Shown here: piece by piece, positions 10,677 to 20,383 of the stretch | How positions within the stretch are numbered: the first letter of the stretch is position 1 | How the letters are laid out: each line of letters opens with the position of its first letter | Origin: Vulcanimicrobiota bacterium | GTDB lineage: Bacteria; Vulcanimicrobiota; Vulcanimicrobiia; Vulcanimicrobiales; Vulcanimicrobiaceae | DNA: 64,000 nt | NCBI GenBank assembly: GCA_963795855.1 | Contig: CAWCIZ010000004.1 | Span: 96,001 to 160,000, forward strand | Direction of reading: 5' to 3' | Translations under genes and position numbers: made by a program | Notes under the pieces: model-generated | Seen by the model: the letters and a program-made list of their open reading frames with translations, nothing else | Told to the model about the DNA's origin: nothing | Database searches by the model: none

Positions 10677-11774
10677 ATGATTCAAACAACCGCGAAGCGC
10701 ACCGCGCTTTACGACGAACACGTGCGCCGTGGCGCCCGCATGATTCCGTTCGGCGGGTTCGACATGCCGGTGCAGTATAGCAGTATTCTCAAGGAACACG
10801 AAGCGGTGCGTCACCGCGCGGGCCTGTTCGATCTCTCGCACATGGGTCAGTTCATTCTGGAGGGTGAAAACGTTGCCGCGTGGGCCGACCGCCTCACCGT
10901 CAACGCCGTGTCGACGATGAAGCCGTCGCAAGCGAGATACAACATTTTCACGAACGAGCGCGGCGGAGCTCTCGATGACGTCATCTTTTACAAACTTCCC
11001 GACCGCTGGCTGCTCGTGGTGAACGCCGGCAACGCCGATAAGATGTGGGCGCATCTGCAGGCGCGCCTTGCCGGCGGCGTGCGGCTGACGAGCCTGCACG
11101 GCCGCAACGCGCTGATTGCGATTCAAGGCCCGAAGTCCGTCGAGATGCTGAACCCGTATACCGACATCGACGTCGGCGCCCTCAAGTATTATTTCTGCGC
11201 CGAAGGCGACGTCTACGGAAAGCGTGCGATCGTCGCGCGCACCGGATACACGGGCGAAGACGGTTTCGAAATCTTCGTGGACGGCGCGCATGCGGCGGAG
11301 ATTTGGAACGCGCTGCTGCGCGACAACGAAGGCGCGGGCCTCATCGCCGCAGGCTTGGGCGCGCGCGACGTGCTGCGTCTGGAGGCCGGCATGCCGCTCT
11401 ACGGGCACGAGCTGACCGAAGAAATTACACCCCTGCAAGCCGGTTTGATCTGGGCCGTCAAACTCGGTAAACCGGAGTTCATCGGCAAGGAGGCGCTGGA
11501 GGCGCAGAACGCGGCGGACGCGTATCCGCGCATCGCCGGCATCGTCATGGACGGGCGCGCGCCGGCGCGTGAGGGCTACCACGTGTTTCAAGGCGATCGC
11601 CGCGTCGGCGAAATCCGTAGCGGTTCGATCGGCCCGTCGGTTCAAAACAAGAACATCGCAACCGCGCTCGTCGAGAAGGAAGCTTCCGCTCCGGGAACGC
11701 CGCTCGTCGTGCACATTCGCGGCACCGCGTACGGTGCAGCCGTCGTCCCGCTACCTTTCTACAAGAGGAGTTAG
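10677..11774 (+). CDS. gcvT: Glycine cleavage system T protein (aminomethyltransferase)
   Basis: KRTALYDEH, FGGFDMPVQY, FDLSHMG, RTGYTGEDGFE, GLGARDVLRLEAG, PFYKR. Confidence 0.97.
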   Translation: MIQTTAKRTALYDEHVRRGARMIPFGGFDMPVQYSSILKEHEAVRHRAGLFDLSHMGQFILEGENVAAWADRLTVNAVSTMKPSQARYNIFTNERGGALDDVIFYKLPDRWLLVVNAGNADKMWAHLQARLAGGVRLTSLHGRNALIAIQGPKSVEMLNPYTDIDVGALKYYFCAEGDVYGKRAIVARTGYTGEDGFEIFVDGAHAAEIWNALLRDNEGAGLIAAGLGARDVLRLEAGMPLYGHELTEEITPLQAGLIWAVKLGKPEFIGKEALEAQNAADAYPRIAGIVMDGRAPAREGYHVFQGDRRVGEIRSGSIGPSVQNKNIATALVEKEASAPGTPLVVHIRGTAYGAAVVPLPFYKRS

Positions 11775-11777
11775 AAC

Positions 11778-12157
11778 TTGGCGCAGCCCGCAGATCTGCT
11801 GTACAGCAAAGAACACGAATGGGTGAAGGTGGACGGCGACGTCGCGACCGTCGGCATTACCGATTACGCGCAGAACTCGCTCGGCGACATCGTGTACGTC
11901 GAGCTTCCGAAGGTCGGCGCGGGCGTCGCGGCGTTTTCGAGCGTCGGCGTCGTTGAATCGGTCAAGGCGGTGTCGGATCTTTTCACGCCAATCGGCGGCG
12001 AAATCGCGGAAGTAAACGGCGCGCTCGAGGACGATCCGGCGCTGGTCAATCGCGAGCCCTTCGCGGGCGGCTGGATGTTCAAGGTGAAGCTCTCCGACGG
12101 CTCGCAAACGTCCGGGCTGCTTTCCGCCGCGGACTACGGAAGCTGGTTGCGGAATGA
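11778..12157 (+). CDS. gcvH: Glycine cleavage system H protein; as written it reads to 12173, but probably ends ..KLVAE* at 12157 after a 1-nt indel
   Basis: YSKEHEW, GITDYAQ..LGDIVYV, VESVKAVSD (lipoyl Lys). Confidence 0.95.
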
Positions 12158-12323
12158 CTCGGGGAACGTCTAAGTCGCCGATATATTCAGGCGCCATGAC
12201 GTATTGGGGGCCCCAACGCAGTCGGCCGTTGCGCAGCGCAGGGCAGAACGCAATAATGCGGCGCCCTCGGGGAACGTCTAAGTCGCCGATATATTCAGGC
12301 GCCATGACGTATTGGGGGCCCCA
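12158..12323 (+). repeat. Perfect 58-bp direct repeat (12158-12215 and 12266-12323) with a 50-bp spacer
   Basis: CTCGGGGAACGTCTAAGTCGCCGATATATTCAGGCGCCATGACGTATTGGGGGCCCCA occurs twice. Confidence 0.95.
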
Positions 12324-12361
12324 CGAAGTGGGGGGCGCGCAGGCTAGGCCGGAGCGCCTTT
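12321..12361 (+). repeat. Family A core upstream of gcvPA
   Basis: CCACGAAGTGGGGGGCGCGCAGGCTAGGCCGGAGCGCCTTT matches the reverse complement of 60448-60488 at 38/41 nt. Confidence 0.85.
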
Positions 12362-12365
12362 AAAC

Positions 12366-13726
12366 ATGTACACCCCCCACACACCCAAAGACATTCGGGA
12401 CATGCTCGAGGCAATCGGCGTGCCGTCGCTCGAGAAACTCGTGGAGGTTCCAGATGCGGTCAAACTGCGCGAGCCGCTCGATATCGTTCCGCAGCTTGCG
12501 AATCGGACATCGTGCGCCGGTTCGAGCACTTTGCGAAGAAGAACACGGGCGCGGGCCTTGTTTCATTTCTCGGCGCCGGCGCGTACCGCCATTACGCTCC
12601 CCCTGCGATCTCCGCGCTTGCAATGCGCGGCGAGTTTCTCACCGCGTATACGCCGTATCAGGCCGAAGTCTCGCAGGGGTATCTTCAGGCGATTTACGAG
12701 TGGCAGACCTACATCTGTCTGCTCACGGGCTTGGAGATCGCGAACGCTTCGGTGTACGACGGCGCGACCGCGCTCGCAGAGGCCGCGATCATGGCGCTCA
12801 ACGCGAACGGCCGCAAAAAAATGCTCGTGTCGCGTGCGGTCCATCCGAATTACCGGGCGGTGCTGAAAACGTACTGCGACGGTCTGGACGTCGTTATCGA
12901 CGAATTACCGGTGGAGGCAGACGGAACGACCGATCTCGACGCGCTTGCGGTGCGGGTCGCCGGCAAAGAGTACGCGTGCGTCGCGATCCAATCCCCGAAC
13001 TTCTTCGGAAACGTCGATTCCCCGAACGACGCGGCGCAAAGTGCGATCGACCAGAGCGGCACCGTGCTCATTGGGGTCGTCGCCGAAGCGCTCGCACTCG
13101 CTGCTTTGCGTACGCCCGCCTCGTGGGGCGCGCATATCGTCGCCGGCGAAGCGCAGAGCTTCGGCGTCGCGACGGCGTACGGCGGTCCGTACGTCGGGTT
13201 CATCGCTTGCAATAAAGATCACATGCGCCGCATTCCTGGGCGTCTCGTGGGCAAGACGCTCGACGTTCACGGCAACGAAGCATTCGTGCTGACCCTGCAA
13301 GCGCGCGAGCAACACATCCGGCGCGAGCGCGCGACGTCGAACATCTGCACCAATCAGGCGCATTGTGCGCTCATCGCGACGATGTACCTCGCGCTGATGG
13401 GCAAAACCGGCCTGCGCGACGTCGCATCGGCGAATCTCGCGCGTGCGCGCGAATTGGCGACCCGCGTCAGTTCGCTCGAAGGCTGCTCGCTGCAGTTCGA
13501 CGCGCCGTTCTTCAACGAGATCGCCGTGAACGTGCATCAGCCGGCACGAGCGGTGCTGGCGAAACTGCAAGAGCGCGGCGTGCTGGGCGGCATCGATCTC
13601 GGACGCTATTATCCTGAATACGCCGACTGCATCCTCATGGCTGCGACGGAGGTCACCACGTCGAAGGATATCCAAACGCTTTGCTCCGCTCTCCAAGAGG
13701 TCGTCAATGTCCCGGCTCGCGTCTGA
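12366..13726 (+). CDS. gcvPA: Glycine dehydrogenase subunit 1 (one frameshift near 12500)
   Basis: MYTPHT..MLEAIGV, then FLGAGAY.HY, EFLTAYTPYQAEVSQG.LQ, LQAREQHIRRERATSNICTNQ. Confidence 0.95.
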
Positions 13727-15209
13727 CCACACCGCCTCACCCCTCATTTTTGAACTGGGACAGGACGGCCGCGCGAACCGGTACGTCGATCGCGGTGTGC
13801 CGCTGAGCGATTTCTTACCGAAGGACGCGCTGCGCGGCGAATTGCCGCTGCCGGATAACAGCGAACTCGAAGTCGTCCGGCACTTTACGCGTCTTTCGCA
13901 GCGCACGTTCGGCATCGACGTCGGGTTCTATCCGCTCGGCTCGTGCACGATGAAATACAATCCGCGCGTCAATGACGCGATGGCGAATTTGCCGCACTTG
14001 CGCGACCTGCATCCATACACGCCGGATGAACTCGCGCAGGGCGCGCTGCAGATCATGTGGGAGCTCGAGCGGACCTTCTGCTCGCTGTTTGGCATGGCTG
14101 CGTTTTCGCTGAATCCCTCCGCCGGCGCGCACGCCGAACTCGCCGCACTTCTCATCGCGAAAGCTTATTTCAAAGATCGCGGTCAGACGCAGCGCGACAA
14201 AGTCATCGTCCCGGATACGGCGCACGGAACAAACCCCGCATCGGCCGCGATGTGCGGGTTCAAGGTGATCTCGCTCAAGAGCGACGAGCGGGGGCGCGTC
14301 AGCGTCGAGGAGCTGCGAAAGGTCGTCGGTCCCGATACCGCGGTCTGCATGATGACGAACCCGAACACCTTAGGTCTCTTCGAAGATCACATCCACGAGA
14401 TCACCAAGGTCGTGCATGACGTCGGCGGCTTGATGTATTACGACGGAGCGAACGCGAATGCGCTGATGGGTAACGCGCGTCCCGGCGACATGGGATTCGA
14501 TCTCATGCACCTGAATACGCATAAGACGTTTACCATTCCGCATGGCGGCGGCGGCGCGGGTCATGGCCCGGTCGGTGTGGCCGCGCATCTTGCCGAGTTC
14601 TTGCCGACGCCGTACGTTCGGGCGCACGCCAAACGCGATGCCGGCCAAAACGCCTCGCCCAGCGACCGCATGGAATTCAGTCTGGATTTCGACCGCCCCA
14701 AGTCCATCGGGCCGATGCGGTCGTTCTGGTCGAACTTCGCGCATGCGGTTCGCGCACTCGCATACATTTATGCAAACGGCGCAGAAGGCTTGACGCAAGT
14801 CTCGCAACTCGCCGTGCTCAACGCAAACTACGTGCGCGTAAAAGTGCGTGACTTCTTGGACACGCCGTACGATGAAATCTGCCGGCACGAATTCGTCGCG
14901 TCCGCGCAAGATCTCAAAAGGGAAACCGGCGTGCGCGCGCTCGACATCGCGAAGGCCCTGCTCGATCGCGGATTCATGGCACCCACGATGTATTTTCCGC
15001 TCATCGTTCCCGAGTGTTTGATGATCGAGCCGACGGAAACCGAATCCAAAGAGACGCTGGACGCGTTCATCGAAGCCTTGCGCGGCATCGTCGAAACCGC
15101 GAAGACCGATCCGGACAGCGTGATGGCCGCTCCACAGAACACGGTCGTCGGCCGGCTCGACGAAACGCGCGCGGCGCGCCAGCCCGATCTGCGGTGGGTG
15201 CCCGGCTAG
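13707..15209 (+). CDS. gcvPB: Glycine dehydrogenase subunit 2
   Basis: YPLGSCTMKYNP, AHGTNPASA, HLNTHKTFTIPHGGGG, MIEPTETESKETLD. Confidence 0.97.
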   Translation: MSRLASDHTASPLIFELGQDGRANRYVDRGVPLSDFLPKDALRGELPLPDNSELEVVRHFTRLSQRTFGIDVGFYPLGSCTMKYNPRVNDAMANLPHLRDLHPYTPDELAQGALQIMWELERTFCSLFGMAAFSLNPSAGAHAELAALLIAKAYFKDRGQTQRDKVIVPDTAHGTNPASAAMCGFKVISLKSDERGRVSVEELRKVVGPDTAVCMMTNPNTLGLFEDHIHEITKVVHDVGGLMYYDGANANALMGNARPGDMGFDLMHLNTHKTFTIPHGGGGAGHGPVGVAAHLAEFLPTPYVRAHAKRDAGQNASPSDRMEFSLDFDRPKSIGPMRSFWSNFAHAVRALAYIYANGAEGLTQVSQLAVLNANYVRVKVRDFLDTPYDEICRHEFVASAQDLKRETGVRALDIAKALLDRGFMAPTMYFPLIVPECLMIEPTETESKETLDAFIEALRGIVETAKTDPDSVMAAPQNTVVGRLDETRAARQPDLRWVPG

Positions 15210-15244
15210 CCGATCATTTGCGCAGACGGGGCACTAACCGCCGT

Positions 15245-15808
15245 ATGCGTCAACGCGGATTCACGCTCGTCGAAGTCGCCGTAGCGGCGGCGATCCTCGC
15301 GGTCGCCGCTGCCGCTTTTTGCGGGCTTTCGCAGGCGACGCGGACGTTCGGTGCGCGCTCGGCGATAACGCAATTCGACGCGGCGCTTTCCTACGCTCAA
15401 TCGCTCGCGCGAAGCAGCGGCAATGGTGCGACGCTGGTGTTCGATAAGCGCACGCTGGCCGACGGAAGCGCAGCGCCCGGTTTCGTTCTAAGGATTTACG
15501 CCGGACGCCCTACGGCCGCCGGTGCGCTGACGAGCGCCTCGGTTCCGCCGATCGACTCCGTCGCTACCGTATCGGAGCCGGTTTTGGGAAGCGTGCCGTT
15601 CACGCTCTTCCTCAACGGCTCGGGGCATGCCAGCGGGATGTCCGGGAAAATCGAAGCAGGCACGGTTCTCGGCGCGGACCCCGGCTGTCCGGCCGGGGAG
15701 GCAAGCATCACGCTTGCATTTTCCGTCCCGGCATTGACGGCGGCTCGCACGCTGCCGTGCAGCCAAGCGGTCGCAGGGGCACCCGCCGGCCCGTCGCCGC
15801 TCCCCTGA
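15245..15808 (+). CDS. Prepilin-type N-terminal cleavage/methylation domain protein
   Basis: MRQRG-FTLVEVAVAAAILAV class III signal. Confidence 0.8.
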   Translation: MRQRGFTLVEVAVAAAILAVAAAAFCGLSQATRTFGARSAITQFDAALSYAQSLARSSGNGATLVFDKRTLADGSAAPGFVLRIYAGRPTAAGALTSASVPPIDSVATVSEPVLGSVPFTLFLNGSGHASGMSGKIEAGTVLGADPGCPAGEASITLAFSVPALTAARTLPCSQAVAGAPAGPSPLP

Positions 15809-15924
15809 AACGGGGGAAAAGGGGACCCCTGCTCGTGCGGCCTTCTTGGACCTCTCCGCTATAATTGAAAGTAATCAGAAGGCGCCGCTGGCTGGCGCCT
15901 TTGGAGTCCTCAGGGGCCATATCG

Positions 15925-16404
15925 ATGCGAATCAAATACGAGGTTTCCGCCGGCGGGCTGGTGCTGCGCCGGCGCGAGTCTACGTACGATGCCTTGCTCA
16001 TCGGACGCGGAACGCCGCGTATTTGGACGCTGCCCAAAGGTCACGTCGAAGCCCGCGAGTCGTACGAGCAAGCAGCGCTGCGCGAAGTGCGCGAAGAAAC
16101 CGGCTGCTGGGCCGAGATCATCACCAAACTGAACGACATCGCCTACTGGTTTTATCTGAACCGCGCCAAGCACAAGAAATCCGTAACCTTCTATCTCATG
16201 CGCTATCTTTCGGGCGACACCGCCAACCACGATCACGAGGTCGATGAGGCACGCTGGTTCGATATCGTACAAGCCAAGAAGGCGCTGAAGTACGTGAACG
16301 AAAAGCGCCTGACGGACTTGGGCATGGAATACGTCATGGCCAATCCCACCGCATTCGGCGACGTGCCAATCGTCGCGAGGACAGCAGAACAGAGAACCTC
16401 TTGA
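15925..16404 (+). CDS. NUDIX hydrolase (Ap4A hydrolase-like)
   Basis: SAGG, WTLPKGHVE..AALREVREETG Nudix box; TATAAT at 15860-15865 upstream. Confidence 0.9.
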   Translation: MRIKYEVSAGGLVLRRRESTYDALLIGRGTPRIWTLPKGHVEARESYEQAALREVREETGCWAEIITKLNDIAYWFYLNRAKHKKSVTFYLMRYLSGDTANHDHEVDEARWFDIVQAKKALKYVNEKRLTDLGMEYVMANPTAFGDVPIVARTAEQRTS

Positions 16405-16420
16405 GCGAACACGCCCCGGG

Positions 16421-17194
16421 ATGATGCAGCCCGATCTGATGACGGCGCCGGAGCAAGACAACCAGAACCAGCTGCGCGTCAGTTTGGAAGTCTTTGACGG
16501 ACCGCTCGACTTGCTTTTGAGTTTGGTGAAAGAACGCCAGCTCGATATTGCGACAGTACCGCTTGCCGCCGTGGCCGAGCAGTACTTGACGTACGTTTCG
16601 ATGATGGAATCGCTCGACGTCGAGGTTGCGGCGGAATATCTGGTAATCGCGGCGACGCTGGTTTTCCTCAAGTCGAAAGCGCTGCTTCCGCCCATTCCAT
16701 CGGAGTTTCAGGACGAAGAAGCGGAAACGCCGGAACAAGTCGAGGAGCGGCTGCGGCAGCGCCTTATCGCCTATTCGAAATATCGCGAGGTCGGTGAGGA
16801 ACTGCGATCGCGGCAACTCGAAGCGTCGTCGTACTACTACCGCGACACCGGAGATCCCGTCAGCGAACTGCGCCAGCGCTATCGCGTCGATCCGGAGAAG
16901 CTCAGCCGCGCGTTCGTCGCGATGCTGCGCAGCGCGCGCCCGGAGAAGCGAACCATCGCCCGGGAGCGGCTTTCGCTCATGGCTTCGATGGATTACATCA
17001 TGCGCAAGGTGCGTGAAGACGGCGAGGCGCTGTTTTCGGCGCTTTGCAAGGAACTCGGCATGACGCGCGACTCGATAATCGTGACGTTCTTGGCGATTCT
17101 CGAATTGATCCGCCGCCGCCGCGTTTCGTACGACCAGCCCGAACCCTTCGACGACATCCGCATTCTGCCCATCACCGCATCCGCAAGCAACTAA
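16421..17194 (+). CDS. scpA: Segregation and condensation protein A
   Basis: FDGPLDLLLSL, AAEYLVIAATL..KSKALLP, VTFLAILEL, QPEPFDDI. Confidence 0.95.
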   Translation: MMQPDLMTAPEQDNQNQLRVSLEVFDGPLDLLLSLVKERQLDIATVPLAAVAEQYLTYVSMMESLDVEVAAEYLVIAATLVFLKSKALLPPIPSEFQDEEAETPEQVEERLRQRLIAYSKYREVGEELRSRQLEASSYYYRDTGDPVSELRQRYRVDPEKLSRAFVAMLRSARPEKRTIARERLSLMASMDYIMRKVREDGEALFSALCKELGMTRDSIIVTFLAILELIRRRRVSYDQPEPFDDIRILPITASASN

Positions 17195-17824
17195 GTGAAC
17201 ACGACAAAAGACGTCATTTCCAACGAAGAAGCGCAAGAACCGCAGGACATGGATGCCGCAGCCGAACGGCTGCATTCGCGCGTCGAAGCCTTGCTGTTCG
17301 TCGCCAGCGAAGCGCTCACAATCAAGCAGATCGCCAAACTGACGCACGCCGGCGAGATGGAAATAGCCGCGACGCTTCAGCGGATAGAGGATGACTTCGC
17401 CGATCGCGGGATCGTCCTGCGCGAGATCGCCGGCGGCTACCGCTTCGCCAGCGCGCCCGCCGCGCGCGACGTCGTCGAGGCGTACTTACTTCCGCCGAAA
17501 ACGAGTCTCTCGACGCCGGCACTTGAAACGCTTGCGATCGTTGCGTACATGCAGCCCGTTACGAAGAGCGAGATCGAGGCGATTCGCGGCGTCGCTTCGG
17601 ACAGCGTCGTATCCACGCTGCTGGATCGTGCGCTCGTCACGGAAGCCGGGCGCAAAGACGTGGTCGGGCGTCCGATGCTGTACAAGACGACGCCGGAATT
17701 TCTCGAGTCGTTCGGGTTGCGTTCGCTCGACGATCTGCCGCCGATGGAACTCGAAGCCGGTCAGCCGCTCGAATTGGATCTGCTCACGGCGAATATCACG
17801 GCGAACGTCCCGGCGCAGGATTAG
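17195..17824 (+). CDS. scpB: Segregation and condensation protein B
   Basis: EALLFVA, ALETLAIVAY.QPVTKSEIEAIRGV, GRPMLYKTT..FL..FGL. Confidence 0.95.
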   Translation: MNTTKDVISNEEAQEPQDMDAAAERLHSRVEALLFVASEALTIKQIAKLTHAGEMEIAATLQRIEDDFADRGIVLREIAGGYRFASAPAARDVVEAYLLPPKTSLSTPALETLAIVAYMQPVTKSEIEAIRGVASDSVVSTLLDRALVTEAGRKDVVGRPMLYKTTPEFLESFGLRSLDDLPPMELEAGQPLELDLLTANITANVPAQD

Positions 17825-18462
17825 TGACCGCCCGCGCGCAGTATTCGAACGAGCTTTACGAGACCATCGCGCAGTTCGGACTGCGTGGCGGCGCCACGAT
17901 CTTGGACGCGGGCTCGGCAGACGCGGCGGCCGGCGAGCCGTTCGCGGCGAACGGACTCATGCTTACACGCGCCGATCGAGCGGAGCCGCTGTCGTTTCCC
18001 GACGAGCGTTTCGACGCCGTGATCAGCGCCCAGGCGTATCACCGCGTCGATCGTGCGCGCGCGCTCGCGGAAGCGTTTCGGGTGCTGCGGTCCGGCGGCA
18101 CGATCGCCGTGTGGTGGAAGCGACTGATGGCGTCGGATCCGGTGAAGAACGCTCGCGACGAACTGTTTGCGCGCTTCGGTAAGGCACCGGTGGAAGACGT
18201 CCTAACCGGCGGCTTCAAAGAATTCTACGCCTCGCGTTTCACGCAGCAGACGCTGCGGGTTCTACCGTGGCGCGCCGCGACGCCGGTCGACGAGTACGTT
18301 GCCGGAGAACGATCGCAAAGCACGGTTCGCGCGGCGCTCGGCGCCCAGTGCGACGAGTATATCCGCTCGCTCGAAAACCGCGTGCGCGAAATAGCGGGCG
18401 CGGGCAGCGCGACGATATCGCCGGCATACGTTCAATACCTTTACTTGGCGAAAAAACCGTAG
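17824..18462 (+). CDS. Class I SAM-dependent methyltransferase-like protein (degenerate motif I)
   Basis: ILDAGSAD, LSFPDERFDAVISAQAYH, FRVLRSGG. Confidence 0.7.
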   Translation: MTARAQYSNELYETIAQFGLRGGATILDAGSADAAAGEPFAANGLMLTRADRAEPLSFPDERFDAVISAQAYHRVDRARALAEAFRVLRSGGTIAVWWKRLMASDPVKNARDELFARFGKAPVEDVLTGGFKEFYASRFTQQTLRVLPWRAATPVDEYVAGERSQSTVRAALGAQCDEYIRSLENRVREIAGAGSATISPAYVQYLYLAKKP

Positions 18463-18468
18463 GCAAGA

Positions 18469-19323
18469 GTGCGTCTCGGTGTGCACGTCCGCGTCGGCGC
18501 GGGCTACGCGGCTGCAATAGAGTACGCGAAGCGCGTCAAGTGCAGCGCCGTCCAAATTTTCTCCACGAATCCCCGAAGCTATCGCCCGTCTCCGATCAAC
18601 GCGCCCGCTCTCGAAGCGTTCAAAGCGTCGCGCGAGAATGCCGGCATCGATCCGTGCGTGATTCACACGCCGTACTTGATCAATCTCGCGAGCGACGATC
18701 CGAAGATTAGCGCCGGTTCGTTGAAGTTGCTCGAGAACGATTTGGCATCGGCCGCCGCCGGCGGAATGCGCTACGTCAACACGCACCTGGGCTCGTACGG
18801 TAAGCGCGATCGCCGAGAAGGGTTCGTCGCCGCCTGTCATTTGCTGGAACAGGCGTTGCAAGGCATTGCACCGGACGTGCATCTTATACTGGAAAACTCG
18901 GCCGGCGCCGGCGGGCTGTGCGGCGGCACGCTCGAAGAACTCGGCCGGTTCGTGAAGGCTTTGGATCATCCGCAGCTCGGCGTCTGTTTGGATACCGCGC
19001 ACGCGTGGGCCGCGGGATACGAAATCAACTCACAGCGCGGGGTCGACGACTTCCTGTATGAAGCGGCGGATCGGATTGGGCTCGACCGCGTGCACGTGTT
19101 CCACTTCAACGACACCGAAGTCCCGCTCGGCGGGAACCGCGACCGGCACCACCACATCGGCGAGGGGAACATCGGATTCGAGGGTTTTCGCGCTTTAGCC
19201 GCACGGCCTGAACTGCGGCAAAAAACGGCAATTTTGGAAACGCCCGGCGAAGAAGCGGACGACTTGCGGAACATGGAAACCATTCGCGCGATCTTCAAGG
19301 GCGCCGGTCACGAGGTCGATTGA
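18469..19323 (+). CDS. nfo: Endonuclease IV
   Basis: HTPYLINLAS, LENSAG, CLDTAHAWAAGY, HFND..DRHHHIG.G.IG, ILETP. Confidence 0.95.
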   Translation: MRLGVHVRVGAGYAAAIEYAKRVKCSAVQIFSTNPRSYRPSPINAPALEAFKASRENAGIDPCVIHTPYLINLASDDPKISAGSLKLLENDLASAAAGGMRYVNTHLGSYGKRDRREGFVAACHLLEQALQGIAPDVHLILENSAGAGGLCGGTLEELGRFVKALDHPQLGVCLDTAHAWAAGYEINSQRGVDDFLYEAADRIGLDRVHVFHFNDTEVPLGGNRDRHHHIGEGNIGFEGFRALAARPELRQKTAILETPGEEADDLRNMETIRAIFKGAGHEVD

Positions 19324-19329
19324 GGGCGG

Positions 19330-20370
19330 ATGATCGCGCACTTTGACGTCGATGCGTTCTACGCGAGCGTCGAGATTCGCGACAATCCGGAACTTCGCGG
19401 AAAACCCGTCGCGGTCGCCGGTTCCAGCCGGCGCGCGGTCGTACTCACCGCTTCATACGAGGCGCGGCCGTTCGGCGTAAAATCCGCGGTGCCGCTTTGG
19501 AGGGCGCTCGCGGCGTGCCCCCAGCTCGTCGTCGTGCCGCCGAACATGCAAAAGTATCGCGAGGTTTCGCGTGCGATCTTTGCGGTGTTCGAGCGGCGCG
19601 GCAATCCGGTGCAGGGCCTTTCGATGGACGAAGCATTCGTCGACTTGGGCAGCATAACGCTGCCCGATGCCGTACAGCTCGCGCAAACAATTCGCGGGGA
19701 GATTCTCGATACAGTCGGCCTGACGGTTAGCGCCGGCGTTGCGAGCGGAAAGATGGTCGCAAAAATCCTGTCGGATTCATGCAAGCCGAATGGGCTGCAA
19801 GCGCTTCCGCCCGGCGAAGAAGCCGCGTTTCTCGCCCCGCTTCCGGTCGGACGCCTATGGGGCGTTGGTCCGAAAACGCAGACGCGGCTGCTGGATCTCG
19901 GCATCACGACGATCGGCGACGTCGCCGCACTGAGCGACGACCGCGCGCGCGCGATTTTCGGATCGTGGGGATTGGAGTTGCGCGATTTGGCGTGCGGACT
20001 CGACCGGCGGCCGGTCGAACCGGAACGCGAAACTAAATCCATCTCGACGGAGGAAACGTTCGAATACGACGTTCGCGACGAACGGCGGCTGCGTGAAGTC
20101 TTGCGGGAGCAGGCGATAGAGCTTGCACGCAAACTCGAGCGCGAGGGCCTCTGCGCGTGCACGATCGGCATAAAAATAAAGCGGGCCGATTTCACGATCG
20201 TGGTGCGGCAGACCAATCTGGCGGAGCCGACTGCGCAAGCGCGACAAATTTTCATCGCCGCCGTGCATTGCCTGCGCCGCGCGGACCTGGGGCGCTACGC
20301 AGTTAGACTGCTCGGCACTCGCGTCGCATCGCTCGTCGTCGGGGAACCCAAACAGCAGACGCTGTTTTGA
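19330..20370 (+). CDS. dinB: DNA polymerase IV
   Basis: HFDVDAFYASVE..PELRGKPV, ASYEAR.FGV.SA, SMDEAF, LWGVGPKT. Confidence 0.95.
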   Translation: MIAHFDVDAFYASVEIRDNPELRGKPVAVAGSSRRAVVLTASYEARPFGVKSAVPLWRALAACPQLVVVPPNMQKYREVSRAIFAVFERRGNPVQGLSMDEAFVDLGSITLPDAVQLAQTIRGEILDTVGLTVSAGVASGKMVAKILSDSCKPNGLQALPPGEEAAFLAPLPVGRLWGVGPKTQTRLLDLGITTIGDVAALSDDRARAIFGSWGLELRDLACGLDRRPVEPERETKSISTEETFEYDVRDERRLREVLREQAIELARKLEREGLCACTIGIKIKRADFTIVVRQTNLAEPTAQARQIFIAAVHCLRRADLGRYAVRLLGTRVASLVVGEPKQQTLF

Positions 20371-20383
20371 GAAACAACGATTT

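Noticed and set aside
12158..12323. Repeat-spacer-repeat as a minimal CRISPR array
   Set aside because: Only two units, the 58-bp repeat is too long, the spacer resembles the gcvT-leader element, and there is no cas operon
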